Origin: Bacillota bacterium
GTDB lineage: Bacteria > Bacillota > Halanaerobiia > B1SED10-174
Assembly: GCA_007122335.1 (NCBI GenBank)
Contig: SKTZ01000071.1
Location: 2,524-66,523, forward strand
Length of the DNA stretch: 64,000 bases
Direction of reading: 5' to 3'
Part shown: positions 18,228 through 28,403 of the stretch, piece by piece
How the letters are laid out: each line of letters begins with the position of its first letter
Numbering within the stretch: position 1 is the first letter of the stretch
Translations under genes and position numbers: made by a program
Notes under the pieces: generated by a model
Seen by the model: the letters and a program-made list of their open reading frames with translations, nothing else
What the model was told of the DNA's origin: nothing
The model's database searches: none

Positions 18228-19347
18228 CCCGAACTTTTTTCAAAAAACCTTTTTGTTCAGGATTGATTTCATCGCCGCTGATTTGGGCAAACTCTTCCAG
18301 TAAATCTTTTTGTTTCCGGTTAATGTTTTCTGGAATTACTACTCTTGCCTGCACGTAAAGATCTCCACGGCCATAACCCTGAATGTTCTGTAAACCCTTA
18401 TTCTTCAACCGGAATTTTCTTCCAGGTTGCGTCCCGGGGGGAATTTTCAGGGAAACCTTCCCTTCGAGGGTCGGAACCTTGATTTCGTCACCCATTATTG
18501 CCTGGACGATACTAATTGGCACCTCGCAGTAAAGGTTACTTCCGTCCCGTTTAAAAATAGAATGGGGTTCGACTTCAATCACGATGTATAAATCCCCCGG
18601 GGGACCATTGTTGGGGCCCGCTTCACCTTCCCCGGCCATTCTCAATTTGTGTCCGGTATCCACTCCGGGGGGAATGTTTACTTTTAGTGTTCGCTGTCGA
18701 CGAACCTGCCCCTGCCCATTGCAGGTTTTACAGGGATCAGTTATGATTTGCCCTTCTCCCCGGCAGCGTTCGCAGGTTCTGGCCTGGACAAAACTACCAA
18801 AAGCAGTTTGATGGCGGTAGCTTACCTCGCCTCTTCCCCCACACTGGGGACAGGTTTCAGGATGGGATCCCGCTTGAGCCCCGCTGCCACCACAATCAGG
18901 ACAATTCTCAACCCGGGGAATATTTATCTCTTTTTCCCCACCAAAAGCCGCTTCCTCAAATTTGAGGTTCATCTGGTATTGCAGATCTACCCCCCGGCGG
19001 GGCCGGCGAGATGTTCTGGACCGCCGCCCGCCGAAGAACATATCAAATATATCTTCAAAGCCGCTGAAATCCTGGCTGAAATCACCAAAGTCGCCAAAAT
19101 CAGCGCCCTCCATTCCCGCATGACCGTAGCGGTCATATTGGGCTCTCTTGTGTGGATCTGATAACACCTTGTAGGCTTCTGTTAATTCCTTGAATTTTTC
19201 TGCAGACTGGGGATCGTCAGGATTTTTATCAGGATGGTATTTCCTGGTTAATTTCCGATATGCTTTTTTTATGTCCTCTTGTTCGGCGTCCCGGTTGATA
19301 CCCAGGACTTCATAATAGTCTTTTTTGGCCGCCAAAACGGTCACCAC
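18211..19347 (-). CDS. dnaJ: chaperone DnaJ
   Basis: J-domain with HPD, G/F-rich linker, and four CxxCxGxG zinc-finger repeats. Confidence 0.9.
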   Translation of the reverse strand: MVTVLAAKKDYYEVLGINRDAEQEDIKKAYRKLTRKYHPDKNPDDPQSAEKFKELTEAYKVLSDPHKRAQYDRYGHAGMEGADFGDFGDFSQDFSGFEDIFDMFFGGRRSRTSRRPRRGVDLQYQMNLKFEEAAFGGEKEINIPRVENCPDCGGSGAQAGSHPETCPQCGGRGEVSYRHQTAFGSFVQARTCERCRGEGQIITDPCKTCNGQGQVRRQRTLKVNIPPGVDTGHKLRMAGEGEAGPNNGPPGDLYIVIEVEPHSIFKRDGSNLYCEVPISIVQAIMGDEIKVPTLEGKVSLKIPPGTQPGRKFRLKNKGLQNIQGYGRGDLYVQARVVIPENINRKQKDLLEEFAQISGDEINPEQKGFLKKVRDAFGV

Positions 19348-19353
19348 CTCTTA

Positions 19354-21210
19354 CTACTTTTGGTCTTCTTCCTCGTCATCAACTTCTTTAAAATCAGCGT
19401 CATAAACGTTATCCTGTTCGGAAGAAGAGCCTCCCTGGCCAGCCTGAGCTTCCTGTTGCTGTTTTTGTTCTTCCTCCTGCATTCGGGAATAAATCTGAGT
19501 GCTTGCTTCATGCAGGATCTCAGTTAAAGCTTCCTTTTTCTTCCGGATTGGCTCAATGTTGTCTCCTTTTAATGCTTCCTCTAGTTCTTTTTTGGCATTT
19601 TCAACCTTCTCTTTTAATTCAGGATCAAGTTTGTCACCGGATTCTTTAAGGGTCTTTTCAACCTGGAAGACCAGACCATCAGCTTCATTGCGGGTTTCAA
19701 CCTCTTCTTTTTTCTTCTTATCTTCTTCTTCATATTGCTGGGCTTCATTCACCATCTTTTCAATCTCATCTTCGCTTAACCCTGAGGATGATTTGATGGT
19801 GATATTTTTTTTCTTCCCTGTACCCTTATCAACTGCAGAAACATTTACAATTCCGTTTACGTCAATGTCAAATGAAACTTCGATCTGGGGAACTCCTCGG
19901 GGAGCAGGCGGAATATCTGTAAGCTGGAATCTTCCCAGAGTTTTATTATCTTTAGCCATTGCTCTCTCACCCTGGAGAACATGAATATCTACAGAAGTCT
20001 GATTATCAGCAGCAGTAGTGAAAATTTTACTCTGGCTGGTAGGTATTGAGGAATTTCGTTCGATAAGTTTTGTGAAAACTCCTCCCAGGGTTTCAATACC
20101 CAGGGAAAGGGGAGTAACATCAACGAGAACAATGTCGTCAACATCTCCAGCAAGAACACCACCCTGAATTGCGGCACCAATAGCCACACATTCGTCAGGG
20201 TTTACCCCTTTGTTGGGTTCTTTCTCGAGCAGGTTTTTAATTGCTTTTTGAACAGCAGGGATCCTTGTCGAACCTCCTACCAGAATAATTTCGTCAATAT
20301 CTTTTGGAGATAGTTTGGCGTCTTTTAAGGCCTGTCGAGTTGGTCCCATTGTTTTTTCAATAAAATCATCAATTAATTCTTCGAACTTGGCCCGGGTAAT
20401 ATCAATATCCAGATGCTGAGGACCATCTTCAGTCTGGGTAATGAAAGGAAGGTTTACATTGGTAGACATTACTCCAGAGAGTTCAACTTTTGCTTTTTCT
20501 GCAGCTTCAACCAGGCGCTGCATCGCCATTCGATCCCTGCGCAGGTCAACGCCAACTTCTTTTTTAAATTGATCAGCCATATATTCAACCAGGCGCTGGT
20601 CAAAATCATCGCCACCAAGATAGTTGTTTCCACTGGTAGCAACAACTTCAAAAACCCCGTCACCTATCTCCAGGATAGAAACGTCAAAAGTTCCACCGCC
20701 CAGGTCATAGACAAGAATTTTTTCGTCCTTCTTTTTATCCAAGCCGTAAGCAAGAGAAGCAGCAGTTGGTTCGTTGATGATCCGCAAAACTTCAAGACCA
20801 GCAATTTTTCCCGCATCTTTGGTCGCCTGGCGCTGGCTATCACTGAAATAAGCTGGCACAGTAATAACAGCCTGCTTGATTTCCTGGCCCAGGTAATCTT
20901 CGGCATCTTTTTTCATCTTTTGGAGAATCATTGCCGATACTTCCGGGGGAGAATATTCCTTGTCTCCCATTTTGGCCTTGTAGTCGCTTCCCATCTTTCT
21001 TTTTATGGAAGTAACAGTATTATTGGGATTGCTGACAGCCTGCCTCTTGGCGGGCTGGCCCACCAGCCTTTCCCCTTTTTTAGAAAATCCGACCACTGAA
21101 GGAGTGGTCCGGGACCCCTCAGCATTTGGAATTACAGTCCCTTCACCACCTTCAATAACTGCCATGCAGGAGTTGGTGGTCCCTAAATCAATTCCAAGAA
21201 CTTTACTCAT
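19354..21210 (-). CDS. dnaK: chaperone DnaK (Hsp70)
   Basis: Hsp70 signatures [16 protein letters not shown] and the EEVD-like acidic tail. Confidence 0.95.
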   Translation of the reverse strand: MSKVLGIDLGTTNSCMAVIEGGEGTVIPNAEGSRTTPSVVGFSKKGERLVGQPAKRQAVSNPNNTVTSIKRKMGSDYKAKMGDKEYSPPEVSAMILQKMKKDAEDYLGQEIKQAVITVPAYFSDSQRQATKDAGKIAGLEVLRIINEPTAASLAYGLDKKKDEKILVYDLGGGTFDVSILEIGDGVFEVVATSGNNYLGGDDFDQRLVEYMADQFKKEVGVDLRRDRMAMQRLVEAAEKAKVELSGVMSTNVNLPFITQTEDGPQHLDIDITRAKFEELIDDFIEKTMGPTRQALKDAKLSPKDIDEIILVGGSTRIPAVQKAIKNLLEKEPNKGVNPDECVAIGAAIQGGVLAGDVDDIVLVDVTPLSLGIETLGGVFTKLIERNSSIPTSQSKIFTTAADNQTSVDIHVLQGERAMAKDNKTLGRFQLTDIPPAPRGVPQIEVSFDIDVNGIVNVSAVDKGTGKKKNITIKSSSGLSEDEIEKMVNEAQQYEEEDKKKKEEVETRNEADGLVFQVEKTLKESGDKLDPELKEKVENAKKELEEALKGDNIEPIRKKKEALTEILHEASTQIYSRMQEEEQKQQQEAQAGQGGSSSEQDNVYDADFKEVDDEEEDQK

Positions 21211-21811
21211 CTTCGTCGCCTCCTTTATTAACTTTTACCATTGATGGTCGCAAAACTTTGTCTCCCACTTTATAACCTTTCTGGATTACCTCTACGACCA
21301 TCTCTGCAGGTTTATCCTCCAGGCAAACCCTTTCCACAGCCTCATGCAGGTTGTGATCAAAAGGTTTTTCCAGTGCTTCAATCTCTTCCAGGCCCAGTTC
21401 CTCAAGAATTGTCCAGAGCTGTTTGAAAATCATCTCCACGCCTTTGCAGAGATTCTGAGCTTCTTTATTCTCAGGGTTTACCTGCAGAGCTCTTTCAAAA
21501 TTATCTAAAACAGGCAAAAACTCAAGGATAACTTCTTCCTGGGCTCTCACTCGATCCTGAAAACGATTTTTTTCAATACGTTTTTTATAATTTGCAAAAT
21601 CTGCCTTTGCCCTCTGAAGTCGGGCCATGAGTTGCTCATTTTCTTCTTCTTTTTCTCTGATTACCTGCTGCGCTTTTTCCAGCTCTCCTTTTAGCCTCTC
21701 GTAATCATCCTGATGCTCTTCTTCATTTTTTTGGTTGGTTATTTCCTCTTTACCCTTGTCCGATTCTACCTGTTTTTTCTTCGATTTTTTTTTGGAATAA
21801 CTCATGCTCAA
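21203..21811 (-). CDS. grpE: nucleotide exchange factor GrpE
   Basis: Coiled-coil N-terminus plus the GrpE core. Position between hrcA and dnaK. Confidence 0.9.
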   Translation of the reverse strand: MSMSYSKKKSKKKQVESDKGKEEITNQKNEEEHQDDYERLKGELEKAQQVIREKEEENEQLMARLQRAKADFANYKKRIEKNRFQDRVRAQEEVILEFLPVLDNFERALQVNPENKEAQNLCKGVEMIFKQLWTILEELGLEEIEALEKPFDHNLHEAVERVCLEDKPAEMVVEVIQKGYKVGDKVLRPSMVKVNKGGDEDE

Positions 21812-22845
21812 TCCTCCTCGCGTAAAACCTTGCTTAAGACTTCTGCCATAAAGTTTACCGTCGCCATTACCTTGGGATAATTCATCCTTGTGGGGCCCAG
21901 TATTGCCATCTTTCCAACTGTTTTATCCTGGAAAGAATAGTCGGCCACTACGAGACTGCAATCCCTTATTTCTTCCAGGGGAACCTCCCGGCCGATAACA
22001 ACCTTAAGACCTTCTGTAGGGATCTGATTTAAAAGCTGTTTCAGCATATCTTCCTGTTCAAAAAGTTTCAGAAACACCTTAACTTTTTCCAGGTCAGAAA
22101 ATTCGGGTTGCTCGAGAATATTTGTTGCCCCGTCAAGGTGAATTTTACCCCACTCCTGGTTAGTTCCCTCTTCAGAAATAAACTCAACTAAAGATTTATA
22201 TAGTTCCCGGAAAAGTGTTTTATCTCTAAGTTCTTTTTCCAGTGCCCGGAAAATTTCATTGTTAATATTTTTCAGGGGTAGTCCCTGCAAACGTTCATTT
22301 ATTAACCGAGAAATATGTTCCAGCTCTTCCCGGGCGGGCCTGTTCTGCAGGGTTACTGTCTGGTGTTGGACAAGGCCCGAACTAATAACAACAATTACCG
22401 CTACTTTCTTGCCTTCAAGGGGAACCAGTTGCAGGTGCTGGAAAAAATAATCCGGCGAACTGGGGCTTGCTACGAGAGCAGTGTACCTGGTCAGGTGAGA
22501 AAGCATTCGCGATGTAACCTGCACAATATCCTGGACTTCTTTTTTCCGAACCAGGTATTTTTTCCGGATCATTTCCTCGAAGCTTCCGGGAATTTTTTCA
22601 ATATCAATCAGACTGTCAACATAAAAACGGTACCCCTTGTCTGAAGGAATACGTCCGGCAGAAGTATGCGGTTGTTGTAGATAGCCCAGATCTTCCAGAT
22701 CAGCCATTTCATTGCGTATGGTTGCTGAGCTAACATTTAAATCATATTTCTTGGAAATGGTCCGGGAACCTATTGGTTCGGCGGTGAGAATATATTCATT
22801 AATTACCGCCTTTAAAATTCCTTTTTTCCTCACATTCATTTCCAT
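21808..22845 (-). CDS. hrcA: heat-inducible transcription repressor HrcA
   Basis: N-terminal wHTH and the HrcA C-domain. First gene of the hrcA-grpE-dnaK-dnaJ operon. Confidence 0.9.
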   Translation of the reverse strand: MEMNVRKKGILKAVINEYILTAEPIGSRTISKKYDLNVSSATIRNEMADLEDLGYLQQPHTSAGRIPSDKGYRFYVDSLIDIEKIPGSFEEMIRKKYLVRKKEVQDIVQVTSRMLSHLTRYTALVASPSSPDYFFQHLQLVPLEGKKVAVIVVISSGLVQHQTVTLQNRPAREELEHISRLINERLQGLPLKNINNEIFRALEKELRDKTLFRELYKSLVEFISEEGTNQEWGKIHLDGATNILEQPEFSDLEKVKVFLKLFEQEDMLKQLLNQIPTEGLKVVIGREVPLEEIRDCSLVVADYSFQDKTVGKMAILGPTRMNYPKVMATVNFMAEVLSKVLREED

Positions 22846-22864
22846 TGGGGCCTCACCCTCCCGC

Positions 22865-22891
22865 TTAGCACTCTACCATAAGGAGTGCTAA
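22865..22891. promoter_or_regulatory. CIRCE operator (HrcA binding site)
   Basis: TTAGCACTC-TACCATAAG-GAGTGCTAA, a perfect 9-N9-9 CIRCE consensus between a TTGACA -35 (22927-22932) and the hrcA start. Confidence 0.9.
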
Positions 22892-22928
22892 CATCCTATC
22901 AATAAAATAACACCATAGCCCTCCTTTG

Positions 22929-23348
22929 TCAACCGACAAATCGAGGAACTGTAGCCAGGAGAAAAAAAACCGCTCCCAGCATTATTCCTACCTGAATTAC
23001 AAAACCCGCCGGCCATTTCCACGCAAGGTGAGGTAATTTCCCGCTGTGGGTGGGAAAAAAACGAGGGCCTTTTTTCTTAAAGAAAATGTGGCTAATTATT
23101 ACTTCTATGTCAGGGATGGTCCCCCCAAGTGCTCCCCAGAAAATATAGGCAGGAGAAGGATATAACCACAGGACCATTGCTGCAGTAACCATGGTATCCA
23201 GAAAAATTCCTCTCCTTCCCCGGTAATCATGATGGGGAATAATATCAAGGATTATATGGCTTAAAAGCCCAAGCAGAAAAGCCTGCCAGCTATTTCCAAC
23301 CATCTTGCCTATTGCCGCACCTGCTGCAAAATGCGTGCTTACATACAA
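22929..23348 (-). CDS. small polytopic membrane protein, possible DUF457/YdjM-like metal-dependent hydrolase
   Basis: 139 aa, 3-4 TM helices, and an HHD motif (IIPHHDYRG). Confidence 0.4.
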   Translation of the reverse strand: MYVSTHFAAGAAIGKMVGNSWQAFLLGLLSHIILDIIPHHDYRGRRGIFLDTMVTAAMVLWLYPSPAYIFWGALGGTIPDIEVIISHIFFKKKGPRFFPTHSGKLPHLAWKWPAGFVIQVGIMLGAVFFLLATVPRFVG

Positions 23349-23418
23349 AGTAATTCCCCCCGGTTATTTAATTTTTTCCCCCTCCAGGGATTTCACCATA
23401 TACTTCCTTTTTTACCTC

Positions 23419-23447
23419 TTGCATTTCCTTTGAAGGCGTGATAGAAT
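23419..23447 (+). promoter_or_regulatory. sigma-A promoter of rpsT (extended -10)
   Basis: TTGCAT-17 nt-(TGA)TAGAAT, about 35 nt upstream of the rpsT start. Confidence 0.5.
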
Positions 23448-23483
23448 TTATGTGTTGCAAAAAGGTCCAGAGGAGGTGAAACC

Positions 23484-23750
23484 ATGCCCATCATTGAATC
23501 CGCAAAAAAGCGAGTTCGAATAACCGAAAGAAAAACCCGTCGCAACCGACTTCTTAAATCCCGGCTCAAAACTGCCATCAAGCGTTTTGAACGGGCCGCA
23601 TTAGAAGGGGACAAGGAAAAATCCTCCCAGGAACTGGTCCGGGCACAAAAAATTATCGACCAGAGCGTTGCCAAGGGAATCATCCATAAAAACAATGCAG
23701 CCCGAAAAAAATCGCGCCTGGCTCGCCTTTACAATAAAACAGCTTCTTAA
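23484..23750 (+). CDS. rpsT: 30S ribosomal protein S20
   Basis: 88 aa, basic, with the conserved S20 N-terminus (SAKKRVR..E.K..RN). Confidence 0.9.
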   Translation: MPIIESAKKRVRITERKTRRNRLLKSRLKTAIKRFERAALEGDKEKSSQELVRAQKIIDQSVAKGIIHKNNAARKKSRLARLYNKTAS

Positions 23751-23757
23751 GATTTAA

Positions 23758-23792
23758 CCCGCCTCCATATCAGGAGGGGGTTTTTCTTTTTT
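23758..23792 (+). terminator. terminator after rpsT (convergent with holA)
   Basis: CCTCC-ATATCA-GGAGG stem followed by GGGTTTTTCTTTTTTT. Confidence 0.55.
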
Positions 23793-24798
23793 TAAAGTCT
23801 TTCCAGCGGAATAAAAACATCTCCAGGGAGGGCCGCCATTCCATCTCTCCGCGAACAATTCTTTCTCCAACCAGAGCAACTTCCTGCCAGAGGAAAGACA
23901 GTTCAGAGAAAGAAAAACCGTCGGCAACCCGATAACATTTTTGCAGAGGAAACGGGTGCTCTCCAAGTTTTTTTGCTGCCTCCTGGTGGGAAACACCCTT
24001 TCTTTTAAACTCCCAGGAAAGAGCCAGAAGCCTGATCTGTCTTGCCAGCATTGTAAAAAGGTAAACAGGATTGGTTCCCTGCCGCAGCATTTCGCCAAGC
24101 ATTTCCAGAGCCTTGTTGGTTTCCTGCTTGCTGATTGCATCCATCCATTCAAATACAAATTTTTCATGCAAAACCCGGTCAATGGAAATTATTTCTTCCA
24201 GGAGAGCCCGGGTTATTTTCTTTTCTTCTCCCATGAATAAAAAAACTTTTTCCAGCTCGTTCTCAATTACATATAACTGGTTAAAAAAGGCGTACTCAAG
24301 AAAAAAAAGAGCTTCCCGGTCTATAATCTTTCCCCTGTTTTCTACCTGGGCCTTAATCCAGGAGTGGAGGTTCTGCCCCTTTAAAGACTGGGTTTCAAAA
24401 AAGCGGACTCTTTTTTTGGTCTGTTTGAATACCCTTGTCCTTTTATCTATTTCTTCGCCTGCTGTAATAATTAAATAAACCCCTTTGGGCCAGCTGTCGA
24501 GAAATTCAATGAATTTCTCTTCCCCTGGATTATCCTTGCTCTTAAAAAAACGCCGGGGGCGAAACTGAATTACTTTTTCCCCTCCCAAAAGACTAACAGT
24601 CCGGGCCGAGTTAAAAAGTTTTTCCAGGGCATTCTCTTCTTCTTCATCTATTTTCACCCAGTTAAAGGATCTTTTTTCTTCCGGAACAATTTTCCTAACA
24701 AACTCCCGGACAAACTTTTCTATTAAGTAATCATTGTCGCCCCCGAGCAGGTATACAGGGGCAAGTTCTTCCTTTTTATTCTGTAACTCCCTTAGCAT
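23770..24798 (-). CDS. holA: DNA polymerase III delta subunit
   Basis: 342 aa. HolA N-terminal domain (VYLLGGDNDYLIE) in the canonical comEC-holA-rpsT context. Confidence 0.8.
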   Translation of the reverse strand: MLRELQNKKEELAPVYLLGGDNDYLIEKFVREFVRKIVPEEKRSFNWVKIDEEEENALEKLFNSARTVSLLGGEKVIQFRPRRFFKSKDNPGEEKFIEFLDSWPKGVYLIITAGEEIDKRTRVFKQTKKRVRFFETQSLKGQNLHSWIKAQVENRGKIIDREALFFLEYAFFNQLYVIENELEKVFLFMGEEKKITRALLEEIISIDRVLHEKFVFEWMDAISKQETNKALEMLGEMLRQGTNPVYLFTMLARQIRLLALSWEFKRKGVSHQEAAKKLGEHPFPLQKCYRVADGFSFSELSFLWQEVALVGERIVRGEMEWRPSLEMFLFRWKDFKKRKTPS

Positions 24799-24821
24799 GA
24801 ACTTCTCTCCTTTCCCCTTCT

Positions 24822-27221
24822 TTAATTCTTGCTTAAAATTACCTTTTCCTCTTTTTTATCAGGGGAATTTACCTTTCCACTCCTCTGGAACTTTTGGAAA
24901 GAGAAAAATAAATTTGCATAAGGAAAGAGTTCCCGGGTAGATGCTTTCCATTTTTTCGCCCGCAGGTTTTCTTCTTTATCAACTGAAAAAGTTACGGCCC
25001 CGTGTTTTTTAGTTATAAAAACCTGCACACCCATGTCTTCAAGCCTTTTTAATACCCCGGGATCGGGGTGCCCAAACTGGTTTTTTCCTACCTGGATAAT
25101 TGCGAAAAGGGGTCGGGCTTCCTCTAGAAAAGGTAAACTGGTTGAAGTGGAACTGCCATGGTGGGCAACTTTTAATATATCGACATCCGGAACAAGACCC
25201 TTTTCCACCAATTCTTTTTCTGCTTCCCCTTCAATATCCCCCGTCAATAAAATACTCCATCTTCCAATCTCTATATTTAATACCAGGGAATTGTTGTTGA
25301 GAGGAGATTGGCTTAAAAGATCTTCTCCAGGATGAAGGACCTGGAGGGAATTCCTTGGACCCAGGGAAAATTCTTTTCCCCGCCTTAAAGGAAAGTAATC
25401 GGAACCATTTCCCCTTAATTTATTAAAAAACTCTTCTTCCTGCCAGACCCCCTGAATTGGAGGGCCAAAAACTATTCCTGTTGTTTTCTGTTCAAGTACT
25501 GGCAAAAAGCCCCTGTAGTGGTCTTCGTGAAAATGAGAAATGAAAATTGCATCCAATTCCCTTATACCCCTTTCCCTTAGATAGGGCAGTATTATCCTTT
25601 CCCCGATAGCTCTCCATTCCTGCCCCCAACTACCTCCGGCGTCTATCATTATTTCTCCCGCTTCCGGCAGGAAAATATGGATGGCATCACCCTGGCCCAC
25701 ATCAAGAAAAGTAATTTCTGTCTGTTTTTCTTCCAACTCATAAAAAATCAGGGCCAGGAAGAAAATAATAATTAAAATGGGCAGGGTTCTCTTGGCCATA
25801 AGTGTTTTATATTTTTGCCAGAGGGGTATCCGGGTTGGTTCCAGCCAGAATAAAATTGAAAAAAGAAGGAAATAATAAATAATTACCCCCCAGAGAGGGG
25901 GAGAAGGCACAACTAGGCTGGTTCCAGGCAAATCGGCCCAAATTTCCAGTAAATTTTTCATAACCATTATTGCTGGAAGAGTAATTAATCTCCATAAAAT
26001 ATCCCCCAGGAAAGGAACCATCCCGCAAAACCCACTCATTACAATTATTCCAGTTAAAGGGAGAGCCCAGAGGTTCCCCAGAAAATTCAGGGGATTAATG
26101 ATTTGAAAATGATATGCAGTCAGCGGAGAGGCAGCAAGGGTAGCCAGGATAGAAAAAAGAAACCCCTGTCTGATTTTCCCCTTCACTGGCCTAATGATAT
26201 TTTTGCCCAGGATAATAAAAAAGGTTAGCAAAAAAGAAAGCTGAAAACCCGCTGTCCACAGCAAAAAAGGGTTGCTCAAAATCAAAATCAGGTATGCCAG
26301 AGCCAGATTATTAAACAGGTTGCCTTTCCTTTTTGTTTCCTGCCCCAAACGCAAACCCATGGCCATAATACCCGCTCTTGCAACTGAAGCCCGCCAACCA
26401 ACCAGTCCAATATATATTAAAATTAAAAGGCAGAATAAAGCTGTTTTATATTTACTGCCCAGGGGTAGTTTTTCCAGTCCAAACCACAACAAAAAAGCAA
26501 TAAACCCAATATGTAGACCGGAAACAGCCAGAACATGGCCAAGACCAGCAGCATAAAATGTTTCTCTTTGTTTTTCCAATAAATCCTGCCTTCGGCCTAA
26601 AAGCAAGGCCGCGAGAAATCCTTTTTCCTCCTTACCCAGAGCCCTTTTCATCCTTTCCTCAAGGTAAAGCCGAACCTGGATAAGAGGAGTCCTTTGCTGA
26701 CCAACAACTTTCACTGAATCTGGTTTTAGCCAGATATTACCCCAGACTTTCCCGGCCAGGTTTTGCATTCGCCAGTCGGCTTCTCCCGGATTAGTAGGGG
26801 GGCTTAAGGGGTTGAGATAACCAAAACCCTCCAATATCTTCCCCACCTCCACCTTTTCCCCTCCATTAATCCAGGCCCAATACCCACCGCCAATTTCTCT
26901 CCAGGCGGAAGAAGTTTTTACTTCGACCTGTTCCAGAAGCAAACGGTCTCCTTCCCTGTCCTTGATCCAACCTCTTATAAGCAATTCTTCTCCCGTTAAT
27001 TGATGTATTGCACTATCCTCGTACTCCAATACTGACTTACCCCAAATAAAAAACCCAAGCAAAAAAATCAGGGGTAGGATTACCCCCAGATCCTTTTTCC
27101 GGAACAGAAAAAACAGGCAGAAAAACACAGGAAAAACAAAGGAATAACCCCGGGCAAAAATGATGCCCCCGCTCAAAAAAATAATTATAAGCACTAAGGG
27201 AGAACGGGCTAATAAAATCAA
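24822..27221 (-). CDS. comEC: DNA internalization competence protein ComEC/Rec2
   Basis: 799 aa. Multi-TM competence domain plus a C-terminal metallo-beta-lactamase domain (HFHEDHYRG). Confidence 0.85.
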   Translation of the reverse strand: MILLARSPLVLIIIFLSGGIIFARGYSFVFPVFFCLFFLFRKKDLGVILPLIFLLGFFIWGKSVLEYEDSAIHQLTGEELLIRGWIKDREGDRLLLEQVEVKTSSAWREIGGGYWAWINGGEKVEVGKILEGFGYLNPLSPPTNPGEADWRMQNLAGKVWGNIWLKPDSVKVVGQQRTPLIQVRLYLEERMKRALGKEEKGFLAALLLGRRQDLLEKQRETFYAAGLGHVLAVSGLHIGFIAFLLWFGLEKLPLGSKYKTALFCLLILIYIGLVGWRASVARAGIMAMGLRLGQETKRKGNLFNNLALAYLILILSNPFLLWTAGFQLSFLLTFFIILGKNIIRPVKGKIRQGFLFSILATLAASPLTAYHFQIINPLNFLGNLWALPLTGIIVMSGFCGMVPFLGDILWRLITLPAIMVMKNLLEIWADLPGTSLVVPSPPLWGVIIYYFLLFSILFWLEPTRIPLWQKYKTLMAKRTLPILIIIFFLALIFYELEEKQTEITFLDVGQGDAIHIFLPEAGEIMIDAGGSWGQEWRAIGERIILPYLRERGIRELDAIFISHFHEDHYRGFLPVLEQKTTGIVFGPPIQGVWQEEEFFNKLRGNGSDYFPLRRGKEFSLGPRNSLQVLHPGEDLLSQSPLNNNSLVLNIEIGRWSILLTGDIEGEAEKELVEKGLVPDVDILKVAHHGSSTSTSLPFLEEARPLFAIIQVGKNQFGHPDPGVLKRLEDMGVQVFITKKHGAVTFSVDKEENLRAKKWKASTRELFPYANLFFSFQKFQRSGKVNSPDKKEEKVILSKN

Positions 27222-27811
27222 TAAAAACGGATATGTTCGCGCAGCCTTTCAAGGGTCTTTTCCCCAATTCCAGATATGTTCAAAAGGTCTTCTGGTTTTT
27301 GGAAACCCCCATGTGCCTCGCGGAATTCAATAATTGCCTGAGCCCGGGCGGGGCCAATATTGGGGAGTTGTTCTAATTCTTCCCTGCTGGCCTGGTTAAT
27401 GCTTAAAAGACCCTGATCCGAACCGCTATTTTCCTGTTCCCGCTCTTCAGGTTTAAAAGGAATTTTAACCTGCATTCCGTCAACCAGAGGAGCAGCAAGG
27501 TTGACCTGGTCGGGGTCGGCTTTCACGGATACTCCCCCCGCAGCTTTAATAGCATCCACAATCCTATCACCCGGGGAAAAAATATAAACACCGGGGGACA
27601 TTACTGCCCCTGAAACGTGAATAATTAGCCTTTGCTCACTCTCCTCTCGCGAAGGAGAATTATTTTCCATAACTCCCCCGGAAGGGAAAACCTCCTCCCC
27701 GGATTCCGATCCTCCCGAGAAAAAAACAAGGATAACCCCCAGAACCAGGAAAACAGCAGCAACAATTATTTCCTGCCTGGAAAAGGCAAACATATCCCTC
27801 CCTCCTTCCAA
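27218..27811 (-). CDS. comEA: competence protein ComEA (HhH DNA-binding)
   Basis: N-terminal TM, SLBB-like domain, and a C-terminal double helix-hairpin-helix (INQASREELEQLPNIGPARAQAII). Confidence 0.85.
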   Translation of the reverse strand: MEGGRDMFAFSRQEIIVAAVFLVLGVILVFFSGGSESGEEVFPSGGVMENNSPSREESEQRLIIHVSGAVMSPGVYIFSPGDRIVDAIKAAGGVSVKADPDQVNLAAPLVDGMQVKIPFKPEEREQENSGSDQGLLSINQASREELEQLPNIGPARAQAIIEFREAHGGFQKPEDLLNISGIGEKTLERLREHIRFY

Positions 27812-27852
27812 CTATAAAATTCTATATATGTAAAAAATTTCCTTTTGCGGTA

Positions 27853-27878
27853 CAAAAAAACCTGCATGGAATGCAGGT
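27853..27878 (-). terminator. intrinsic terminator downstream of rsfS
   Basis: CCTGCAT-GGA-ATGCAGG hairpin followed by a U-run on the minus strand. Confidence 0.75.
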
Positions 27879-28049
27879 CAGTTTGAAAAACAACTTAAAG
27901 AAATTCCCTTTCCTCGTGATCAAGATTAATATAAACGAGGAAAACAGGTTTCCTTAAACCTATTAGAGCTTAAAGCAAACCAGTTAAGCATATATTAATA
28001 CACCAAGGGACAGTTTTAGGCTGATCAGAAATAGGATTGCGAAAAGTGA

Positions 28050-28403
28050 CTAAGACATTAGTTCAAGCTGAGGGGCGTCAGCCCACAGTTTTTCCAGTTG
28101 ATAATATTCGCGAGCTTCTCGATGGAAAACGTGGACAATAACTTCTCCGTAATCCATTAAAACCCAGCGACTATCTTTTTCCCCTTCAATTCGAGCCGGG
28201 CTTATTTCCTGGACTCCCAAACCTTCTTTAATGCCTTTGACGATTGCTTGAACCTGTCTTTCATTGTTTCCACTGATTAAAATGAAATAATCGGCAACCA
28301 GGGAAATCCCCTGTAAGTCAATGGAAACAATATTATCCCCTTTCTTGTCTTCAGCCAGCCTGGCTATTTCCCTTGTTAATTCTTCTCCGTTTTTGATTGT
28401 CAA
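28050..28403 (-). CDS. rsfS: ribosomal silencing factor RsfS (Iojap)
   Basis: 117 aa. Conserved RsfS core (DYFVI.SG.N.RQ..AI...V). Confidence 0.85.
   Translation of the reverse strand: MTIKNGEELTREIARLAEDKKGDNIVSIDLQGISLVADYFILISGNNERQVQAIVKGIKEGLGVQEISPARIEGEKDSRWVLMDYGEVIVHVFHREAREYYQLEKLWADAPQLELMS

Noticed and set aside
19499-21099. Long plus-strand ORFs (161 aa at 19499-19984 and 228 aa at 20413-21099) antisense to dnaK
   Set aside because: They lie entirely inside the highly conserved dnaK coding region on the opposite strand. Their composition is low-complexity and Ser/Phe-rich, as expected from antisense translation of a biased gene. No RBS or domain signature.
23393-23695. 100-aa minus-strand ORF overlapping rpsT
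   Set aside because: It is antisense to the unmistakable S20 gene, and the product is Arg/Ser-rich with no signature. Spurious.
23754-24182. 142-aa minus-strand ORF in an alternative frame of holA
   Set aside because: It sits wholly inside holA in another frame. holA is full length and conserved in its own frame.
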